Source of the DNA: Lama glama | Lineage: Eukaryota | Direction: 5' to 3' | NCBI GenBank assembly: GCA_028534125.1 | Contig: CM052826.1 | Span: 16,740,001 to 16,804,000 of the forward strand | Length of the DNA stretch: 64,000 bases | Part shown: piece after piece, positions 37,201-45,700 of the stretch | How positions within the stretch are numbered: the stretch's first letter is position 1 | Layout of the letters: every line of letters starts with the position of its first letter | Position numbers and translations under genes: made by a program | The notes under the pieces: generated by a model | The model's database searches: none | Seen by the model: the letters and a program-made list of their open reading frames with translations, nothing else | What the model was told of the DNA's origin: nothing

Positions 37201-37877
37201 GGCTTGCTCAAGCCTCGGGTCTTTGCGGCAGGGCATGGGGGCGAAGGGGTGAGTCCGGGTCTAAGGGTCTCCTCTCTGCCACTGCCCCAGCTCCATGGTG
37301 ATCCGGGACCTGACCCTGCGCAGCGCCGCCAGCTTCGGCTCCTTCCACCTCATCCGACTGCTCTACGATGAGTACATGTACTACCTGATCGAGCATCGCG
37401 TAGCCCAGGCCAAGGGCGAGACCCCCATCGCCGTCATGGGCGAGGTGCGCGCGGCGGGACTCTGAGGGCACGGGCGGGGCGTCCCTCGGCTGGACCCTCA
37501 CCCCTTCTCCTCTCCCCTCCTTCCAGTTCGCCAACCTGGCTACCTCCCTGAACTCCTTGGACCCGGACAAAGGTAGGTGAAGAGCTTCCCTACCCAGGGC
37601 CTGAGTGAGGCGGCGGCGTACAGGGGGGCTGGGGTGGAGGAGGTGCCAGCGGAGGCCTGGTGGCGCCGCTGCCCCGCACTGAGCCAGGCCTGGCCCGTGT
37701 GCCACAGACGAGGAGGAGGAAGAGGAGGACGAGAGCGAGGATGAGCTGCCGCAGGACATCTCGCTCGCGGCCGGCAGCGAGTCGCCCGCGCTGGGCCCCG
37801 AGGCTCTGGAGCCACCGGCCAAGCTGGCGCGGACGGACGCGCGCGGCCTCTTCGTGCAAGCGCTGCCCTCCAGCTAA
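15965..37877 (+). CDS. RFX1: Regulatory factor X1 (winged-helix transcription factor), complete spliced CDS, 20 coding exons, 975 aa
   Basis: join(15965-16283,23075-23184,23399-23482,24167-24274,25149-25265,26221-26316,27837-27931,30688-31060,32521-32702,33710-33829,33920-34035,34263-34381,34463-34572,35028-35179,35259-35356,36426-36575,36671-36879,37291-37444,37527-37572,37708-37877) = 2928 nt; all introns GT-AG with consistent phases; [11 protein letters not shown]... start, [28 protein letters not shown]...[13 protein letters not shown], ends ...[10 protein letters not shown]. Confidence 0.98.
23075..23184 (+). CDS. RFX1: RFX1 exon 3
   Basis: acag|AA; [17 protein letters not shown]...QGTQQ; |gtagga. 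Confidence 0.95.
23399..23482 (+). CDS. RFX1: RFX1 exon 4
   Basis: [28 protein letters not shown]; |gtaagg. Confidence 0.95.
24167..24274 (+). CDS. RFX1: RFX1 exon 5
   Basis: [36 protein letters not shown]; |gtaggt. Confidence 0.95.
25149..25265 (+). CDS. RFX1: RFX1 exon 6
   Basis: [19 protein letters not shown]...VPVTQE; |gtacca. Confidence 0.94.
26221..26316 (+). CDS. RFX1: RFX1 exon 7
   Basis: [32 protein letters not shown]; |gtgtgt. Confidence 0.94.
26772..27103 (+). CDS. Putative alternative RFX1 coding exon in intron 7 (5' boundary in or just before N gap)
   Basis: 110 open codons [18 protein letters not shown]...[22 protein letters not shown] ending at phase-0 donor AAA|GTAGGT, in frame with exon 8; CpG-rich. 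Confidence 0.5.
27837..27931 (+). CDS. RFX1: RFX1 exon 8
   Basis: [31 protein letters not shown]; |gtgagt. Confidence 0.96.
30688..31060 (+). CDS. RFX1: RFX1 exon 9 (poly-Gly)
   Basis: [13 protein letters not shown]...GGGGG...[10 protein letters not shown]; |gtaagt. Confidence 0.97.
30899..30970 (+). repeat. Coding (GGN)n repeat, poly-Gly/Ser of RFX1
   Basis: [24 protein letters not shown]. Confidence 0.9.
32521..32702 (+). CDS. RFX1: RFX1 exon 10 (DNA-binding domain)
   Basis: [25 protein letters not shown]...[10 protein letters not shown]. Confidence 0.98.
33710..33829 (+). CDS. RFX1: RFX1 exon 11
   Basis: [39 protein letters not shown]. Confidence 0.97.
33920..34035 (+). CDS. RFX1: RFX1 exon 12
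   Basis: [17 protein letters not shown]...QQYQQFL. Confidence 0.96.
34263..34381 (+). CDS. RFX1: RFX1 exon 13
   Basis: [17 protein letters not shown]...LYREHCE. Confidence 0.96.
34463..34572 (+). CDS. RFX1: RFX1 exon 14
   Basis: [36 protein letters not shown]. Confidence 0.96.
35028..35179 (+). CDS. RFX1: RFX1 exon 15
   Basis: [21 protein letters not shown]...PDVLRPIP. Confidence 0.96.
35259..35356 (+). CDS. RFX1: RFX1 exon 16
   Basis: [32 protein letters not shown]. Confidence 0.96.
36426..36575 (+). CDS. RFX1: RFX1 exon 17 (dimerisation domain)
   Basis: [30 protein letters not shown]...DFANVQ. Confidence 0.97.
36671..36879 (+). CDS. RFX1: RFX1 exon 18
   Basis: [22 protein letters not shown]...FLLKWSFY. 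Confidence 0.97.
37291..37444 (+). CDS. RFX1: RFX1 exon 19
   Basis: [31 protein letters not shown]...PIAVMGE. Confidence 0.97.
37527..37572 (+). CDS. RFX1: RFX1 exon 20
   Basis: [15 protein letters not shown]; |gtaggt. Confidence 0.95.
37708..37877 (+). CDS. RFX1: RFX1 exon 21 coding part (acidic tail, stop)
   Basis: [20 protein letters not shown]...[13 protein letters not shown]. Confidence 0.96.
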
Positions 37878-39123
37878 GACCGCGGCCTCCCCCGCCCCGC
37901 CCGCCCACCCTACCCCGCCGCCCCTCCTCGCCAGGGTCCCTCACAGCTTCTGTGGCTTCGCTGTCACCGCTCCAGTTTCGGCCAGGGCCGGGAGGGGGCC
38001 TCCGAGACAGGGAAGGCAAGGGGGTCCCCGCCCACTATGGGGCCGCACAATCACAGGGCCGGGCGGAGCCGCAGCTGCAAACTCTGACACAAAAGACGTG
38101 CCTTAAGGAACCCGCCGCCGTGCCCAGGTGCCCCCTGGGGCAGCCAGCTTGGCCCCTTGGCCCTAAGNNNNNNNNNNNNNNNNNNNNNNNNNNNNNNNNN
38201 NNNNNNNNNNNNNNNNNNNNNNNNNNNNNNNNNNNNNNNNNNNNNNNNNNNNNNNNNNNNNNNNNNNNNNNNNNNNNNNNNNNNNNNNNNNNNNNNNNNN
38301 NNNNNNNNNNNNNNNNNNNNNCATCACCTGGGGACCCGTCACTGTCAGCAGCAGTCCCGGGACCCCTCCCCCAGCAACCCCACCGCTTCCCCTTTCTTGG
38401 TATAAGTGCAATTAAAGCCGTGGGTGTCGCATCTTCTCCAGAGCTGGGCCCTCCCTTGCCCCACAGCCCTAGAGCGGGGCACTGCCTGGCCTGGATAGGG
38501 GGAGGGCAGCAGGGGCACTGCCTCCAGCTTCCAAAGAGCAGCAGGCTGGACCGGGCAACGGAGCCCGGAGGGGCCTGCCGCGGGCAGCGGGCCTGCTCCA
38601 AGTGCCCGTGCCTGCCCCAGCCAGGGCCGGGTACTCCGCTTGATCAGATCCAAGACCCTGAGTCCCGGGCCCTCCTCGCCGCTGGTTTGTAATGGAACCT
38701 CCATGCTCCTTCTCCCCCTGGAGACCTTGCTTCTCCTCCGTGCGTGCGACCCTGCCCCCCACATGACTATTGTGCGATTTGTGAGCGCCGCCTGAGCGGA
38801 GTTGGTAACTTGTTGGGTTTTTTTCCAACCATCATGGCCTTATCTGTTCCGGTTTTCTCAGTGTTTTCAACCTGTGAGATAGATGTTTCTGGCAAAAAGC
38901 GAAAAAAAAAAAAAGGAAAAAAGAAAAAAAAAGAAAAACCTGACCTATTGTATAAAAATCACTATTTTGTGTGCTCCGTGTGCTACAGCTTTTGGGGTGG
39001 CTTGCCCACTCTCCCTCCCTACCCCTCGGGGCCTCCCCTCCCCTGGCGGTGAAAGTGTCCACAGGTGTGGTAGTCTAGTGTGCCGAGCTGTTTTCTACCT
39101 TTTTGTAGTCTTTCTTAAAACAC

Positions 39124-39129
39124 AATAAA
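39124..39129 (+). terminator. RFX1: RFX1 polyadenylation signal AATAAA
   Basis: AATAAA about 1.25 kb after the stop codon, preceded by T-rich 3' UTR sequence. Confidence 0.8.
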
Positions 39130-39264
39130 TTCCGCTGTGATATTTGGCTACTGCTGACTTGCCGGGCCTTGGTGGGGGCCTTGGGGATGAGGGCTCCAGC
39201 TGGACCCCCAAGCACCTGAGTGGCAGGCAGTATAGGGAACTCAGTGACGTTCAGAAATTAAACA

Positions 39265-39270
39265 TTTATT
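39265..39270 (-). terminator. DCAF15: DCAF15 polyadenylation signal AATAAA
   Basis: TTTATT on + strand about 460 nt downstream of the DCAF15 stop. Confidence 0.8.
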
Positions 39271-39726
39271 ATGTGAAGAGGAACAGGGTGGAGGAGAGGG
39301 GTGATGGCCACGAGGTTCACCATTGGGAGGGTGGTGCTGGGGGTGGTCAGGGCAAGGATACAGGGTCCATCTGGCCTCTAGGGGTTGGGGGGCAATGTCC
39401 ACACCTGTAGCCGAGGAAAGGGGCAAGCTCACAATGAACGAGTGCCCGTGCCCAGCTTAGGGTGAAGGCAGGTGCCCAAGGCTGGTGGGGCAGGGGACTC
39501 CCTCCCTCTGCCCCTTCCCAACTTAAATAGGCATAAATAAGAAGTGTCCAGACTCTCAGGCCACCAGGGGCTGCCCTGCCCAGCCCCCTTCCCGCAGCTT
39601 AACACTAGTGCCGCTCATCGGTCTCATCAGTCGGTCAGCCGGTCAGCTGGGCAGAGGCTGCTGGGAAGGCGGCCAGCTCCCAGGCCGCGGAGGTAGTTGG
39701 AGTCAATGTCCAGGGTGGCCGGGCCC

Positions 39727-39782
39727 TCACAGCACAATCCACGTGTACCGCTCACTGTCCGCCAGAACCTTCAGTGAGCACC
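39727..39782 (-). CDS. DCAF15: DCAF15 exon 13 coding part (stop)
   Basis: [20 protein letters not shown]. Confidence 0.95.
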
Positions 39783-42700
39783 CTGCAGGGAAGGATGAGG
39801 ACGGAGCCTTGGAACTTCTGCTCACCCAGGCCTGTCCCCCTAACTTGATATGGGCCCAGAAGGTTCTGGAAGGCAAGCACCCTACTGAGTTATCTTCTGA
39901 CTCCTGCCTACAGCCAGTTAATAAATGTCTGCTGAATGAATGAGTGACTGGCCAGGGCCCCCAGGTGTCACACCTGAGCTGCCTCCCCTCACCCCAATGC
40001 CACAGTGTCCACTAGCACAGCCAACGTGCTCCACCATCCAGCAACACTTAGGAGTGAGCACCTGCTCCGGGCCCAAGCCCCAGGATAAGGACTTCAGTCC
40101 TGACTGTTGTCAGGTCACAGGGCCCACCTTTGTGCAGTGCCTCGTTGGTCATCCTGTTGACATATCGGCCGCTGCTCTCAGGCACCAGCCACTTCATGAC
40201 CATGTCCACACAGCTCTTGCGGTATGAGCTCCAGACGCTGCCGCTGAGAGAGACAGGTGCGCAGCTCTCAAACCAGCCCAACCTGCCCCCAGCCCTGGCC
40301 CCCCCAACCCCAGCCCTGCCTCACCTGGTCTGCCCTTTGACCTCAGTGAGGTCGCCCACGCTGACTGTCACAAAGATGCCTGTGTTGAGGTCCCATGCCA
40401 CCTTGAGGCTGGTGTGATAGGTCTTTGGTCTACAGTGAGGAGGGGTGGTGAGCAGAAGATAAAGGGGGTGGGACCACTTGGTCCCTGAGCTTGAAACCCA
40501 GCTACCCTGAGGGGCTTTCGTCTTTGGAGCAGTAACAAAGTTTTAGGAGCAGGAGAGTCTTCTCCCACCCCACCCCCAGCACTGAGGTGTCTTCAGTGCA
40601 GGACCCTACTGGGCAAGGGTGAGGGCGGGCTCCCTGCCCTCTCACCGGAGCTGGCCTTCCTCGGTGGGGGACGGGAACGCCAGGAGCAGCAGGCCGATGT
40701 TAATGAGGACCTGGTTGGTTTCTGGGCAGACCTGGGTTTGGGGGGTGTGGATGGTGACAGCTATTGAGAAAGCCGCCCAGAGAGGGAGGTCCTGGGCCTG
40801 CCCTGCCCCACCCCTGGGCCCACCTCCAGGATGACGATGTCATAGTCGCTGAAGGAACAGAACTGGTGACCCCAAGTGGCATCATGGCGGATGACCTCGT
40901 TGATGACATACTCGAAGTCCAGCGTGAGCTGTTCCACTGTCAGGTACTGACCCTGTGGAGAGTGGCCAGAGGCTTGCAAGAGGAGGCCTGCACCAACTGC
41001 CAGACCAGCAAGTTCCCCAGGAGCTGCCCCTCGGCCTGCCCGCTGCCAGCACCAACCTGGACAGCAGCTCGCTCCCGCATGGGCCGCAGGTTGCGACCTC
41101 GGAGATCAGTCACCACGAAAGGCAGGGAGATCTTGTCATCCTCAAACTCTGAGGGGGCAGGATGTGGGGGTAGGGATGGCAGTGGGAGGCCTAGAGGCCC
41201 CTCCAGGCCAGCCTCCCACACCTGGGACCCTGCCCGCCGAGTAGGCCCCCTGCTCACCATCCTCTGGCTCCGTCCCCTCGCTGGACCCCAGCACGTAATA
41301 CAGCTTGGTGTAGTTGACATATCCAGGCTCAGGGGCAGGTGCCTCTGTGGCAGTGGGGCTGTCCCGGGGCACTGCCTCCCCACCTGGGGCTAGGGGCTCA
41401 GAGGGCAGGCGGCAGCGGCTGTCTGAGGGCCCTGGGCAGGGGGGTGGCCGGACTTCCTCTGAGGCTCCACCCTTGGCCTCTTTGGCCCTGCGGAAGATGT
41501 CGGCCACAAACTCCTTGGCTTTGGCGATGGCGGGTGAGGGCTCGGGAGCTCCAGAGGGCCGGGCTGGGGCTGCTTCAGGGCAGACGCTGGGGAGGACAGG
41601 GGGCATCTCTGGGCTCTGGGGCCCAGGGGAGCTGGGAGGGGCCGGGGGGTACGTGGTATGGTCATACAGGATTTGGCAGAAGCTGCTATCGCCTGGAACA
41701 TAAAAATAAAAAGTGATGGAGGTGGAAAGGGGTCAACAGATGGGTTCAAGATCAGGACGCTCTCCTGACCTCCTTAACTCTGGAGGGTTCTTAGAAATCT
41801 TCCTTGAGGAGACCCTTCTAGAAGACTTACATATGCTGAGATCAGTCTGAAACACCCAGAAGAGAAAAAGGACTTTTAGACACAAACATGTGTGTGTGTG
41901 CACACATGCACTGACTTGTTCATTCAAACCTTATTCTTGGGCGTCTGCTGTATGCCACACTCAGGTCACAGGAGTGAACAAAACAGACAAAAACCCCTGC
42001 CCTTGGGGAGCTGACAGTCTATGATGATGAAAGATAGAAGCCACATAAGTCTGAGAGTTTACTACACAGCCCTCTGTCCTCCCCAACCTGAGCCAGACCA
42101 GCACAGGCACAGCCTGGCTGAATCCCAAACCTCTGTCTATGACTCCACCTGACGGGGGGCCAGAACCCCTGGGGAATGTATGGTCAGTGTGGAGGACCCC
42201 AACACATTCACCAAGCAGCACCGTGGCTGGGCCCTGGGCTCTGCCTGCCCTGCCTCCTTTGGGCCACCACAAGCAACCCCTGGATAGGAGAACTGTCCTC
42301 CCAGCTCAGAGACTCGAGGCTGAGGCTCAGAGAAACTTGTCCAAGGTCACACTGAGAGATAATGCAAGCCAACCAATGCACTCTTGTCTGCCAGAGTGGC
42401 AGCACTTCCAGAGGGAAGGGGGATGATGTTCGAGTTAAAACTCCCCGTCTGTGTAAATACCCTCCTATGGTGAGATGAGGGTTAAGACACGGGTAACAAT
42501 GCCCCTCACCTGGGCCTTGTGCACACGGCCGGATCTTGTGCCATGTGGTCCTTCCTAACTGGGCAGGGGCCCTCAGCCCCATCCAGGCCTGGCTTGCTGG
42601 GGACTCACAGCATGGCGAGAAGCAAGGCCTTGTCCACGCCGGCACAGGCGGCCAGGGCAGGGGCGGGAGGCCCCTGGCTGGTTCGTGGGCTTAGTTATAT

Positions 42701-45700
42701 ACATGCAATTTTCCTTTCATGTCCATTCTCCCTCCCCTCCACAGGGGCAACAGGGATCTTTATTTACCGGATTCTTGTCAAAAGTGGAACACATTTCTAA
42801 TTTATCTATAAGCGGCATCTGTATCAGATTCTAGACCTCCCTGTGTTCTTTCTGTATGAGCATGTCTTCAAGGCATGCTCTCTACAGCCATGCATGCTCG
42901 GGCTCTCCTTGGGCCTGCTGATCCAAGGGGAGTGCCCACCCTGTCCTACCTCTCCAATCCCCGGGGGTGGATACCAGGCTGCCCCCAGCTCCTGCCACCA
43001 GAGCCTTGGACATGCATGGCTGTGGGGCTGCTGGGCCAAAGGTACCCTCTGTTGCCATGAGTATCAGAGAGCCCCCAGGGCCCCATGTTGTCACCAGCCA
43101 GTGGCATTATCCAGCTTCCTAACGTTTGCCACTCTGTCAAGCAACATCATCTGATTTTTACTGGCATTTCTCCAAACACCAAAGATGTAAGATAGCCATC
43201 TGTCCACTAACCACTCCTTGAAATTTTTAAATTAGCATTTCTCTTTCTGAAGAGAAGGAAGCACTGCACCGTCTAGTATGGTAGCTGCTGACTACATGTG
43301 ACTATTTGAACTAACATTAACTAAAATTAAATTTAATCACATGAGACACTTTCAAGTGGCTACTGGTGGCAACTATAGCAGACACTGCAGATATGGAACA
43401 TCCCAGCCCCTGTGGAAAGTTCTAGTGAACAGCACTGGGGTGGGGTATGGCTGGGTTCCCACTTTCCCGCTTCCTGGCTGTGACCCTGGAGAGGGACTTC
43501 ACCTCTCCCGGCCTCGGTCTCCTCATCTGTGATGTGGGGGTAGTGACAAGACCGACCTCCTGGGGCTGCTTGGCCAAGTCCATGGATCACAGGCCCTGAG
43601 GCTGACAGTGCGAGGGGGGCCTGCCTGCTGTCCAGGTTGGTGCTGGCAGCGGGTAGGCCAAGAGGCAGCTCCCGGGGCTTACCTGCCGAGTNNNNNNNNN
43701 NNNNNNNNNNNNNNNNNNNNNNNNNNNNNNNNNNNNNNNNNNNNNNNNNNNNNNNNNNNNNNNNNNNNNNNNNNNNNNNNNNNNNNNNNNNNNNNNNNNN
43801 NNNNNNNNNNNNNNNNNNNNNNNNNNNNNNNNNNNNNNNCGCGCTCGGGTCACCTGCAGCAACACAGGCCACATGGCTCAGTTGTGGCCCCGGGGCGGAG
43901 AGGCAGGCAGCCCGCACCCCGGGCTGCAGCCCCTCACCTGGGTGGGCCCGGATGGCATCCCGGCAGGCGGCACAGCGGCCTGGTGGTGGCACGGCCACAG
44001 TGCTGATGTAGATGTCCCGGTGGTTCTCGTCACTCATCATCATCATGTTCATGAGCATGCCATTGGCTGAGCGGGTGCTGGGGGCCAGCACAGCCTCAGC
44101 AGCCCGGCCCAAGCGCCCACCCTCACCCACCCTCGGCCTCCCTGGCCCCAAGTCTCACTTGAAGCCGAAGACAATGACCTTGGAGGCATCACTGGGCCAT
44201 TCACACACGGTCAGGTACAGGTCACTGTAGATCTCTTCGTCTTGGAAGAGCCGCACCTGCCGGACCTGAGCAGCATGTTTGGGTAAGGGTAGGGTGGGAG
44301 CATACCCGGGGGCCTACGGGGGGGCCCCACCCGAGGCTGAATGATGCAGCCAATGTCAGGCCAGGGATCCCCAAGCCGCCCCCACCCCAAATCCCTCTGC
44401 CTTCCTGAGAACAGGCTGAGGAAGCTCCCAAGTGCTTCCCTTCACAAGCTGGGGACACAGGGAGGGAGGCTGGGCCCAGGACAGGATGCAGCCAATGGGA
44501 GCTCTGCCCAAGCAGAGGGGGCTCAGCCAGACACATCAGTTCCAGGCCTGACCCACCCTGAGACCTGCTCACCTCTCTGAGCTCATGTGCGAACTGGGGT
44601 AACAGCACTCACCTCCTGGGGTGGGGCATTTGAGGAGTCAAGGTCAGGGCTAAAGTGGCAGTGGCAGCCCGCTTGGTCCTAACAAAGCTAATGGGTCCCT
44701 CCTGGCCTGAGCCATTGAACCATATGAAATTACTGCTGTTTACCCATTTTCAACTCTAAAAATGGCAATTTCCTATAGTTCGACTCAACACTTGGAGTCT
44801 TGACAATGACTCCATGGGTACACTGTCTCCATTTTACAGCCATGGAACCTGCAGCTCAGAGGGGTGCCGTGACCTGCAGGAGTCATGCTGTTAGAAGGGA
44901 CAGCCCAGTGCCAGGCCCAGCCCTACCAGCTTGAGCTTGCTGTGGACGTTGAACTCCCACCAGTAGAGGTGGTAGATGTAGAAAGAGAAGTCGTCATCCC
45001 CGCTGCTGCTGGTGTAGGAGAGAACGTAACGGCCGCACTTGGAAAAGCCCAGGAAGATGTGTCTGTGGGGTGGTGGGAAGCGTCGAGTGGCCAGGTCAGA
45101 GGACAGCCTGCCACCCCACCCAGCCGCCCCCCTTGCTTGGCCCCAGCCTCACCCTGCATAGAGGAAGTCTTCATCCACAATATTCTTGAGAGAGACGCAT
45201 ACCCTGGGTGGCAGCTTTCGGAAGAGGCGAGGAGAGAGCTGCCCACTGATCTGCGGAAGGGACAGCCAGGGCTCTTGACGCAGGTGGCCTGCAGCCCCCT
45301 AGTCCCCTCACCCAAGGCAGAGCCGCACCCTTGGTGTCCAGCTCAGCCCAGCCCAGCCATACGGGCCCATTCCCTGCCAACCATAATGGTCTAGGTGGTC
45401 CAAGCTCTGGAAGGTGCGAACCGCTCGAGCCTGATTCTCTACCAGGGACGCGTGCCACCCTCCTGACTCCGTATCTCTTTACCCTTAGGGTTCCTCTTGC
45501 CCAAGCCCCTGGGGTCTGAGAACTAGCACTAGCATCACTCCCCCAGAAAGGTTCCCCAGTCACCCCTGGCCCACACTGGGCCACCTAGCAGCCTTCCTGA
45601 AGGCTGCCACTCTGCACAATGAGTTGCGGATGTCCAGGACCACTAAGGTGGCTGGGATGGGGGCTTGATCAACTACACTCAGCTGTCCCTAACTCACTAG

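Noticed and set aside
38894-38938. A-rich run in RFX1 3' UTR as a transcript end
   Set aside because: Genomic A-tract with no upstream hexamer; likely oligo-dT internal-priming site rather than a true poly(A) site.
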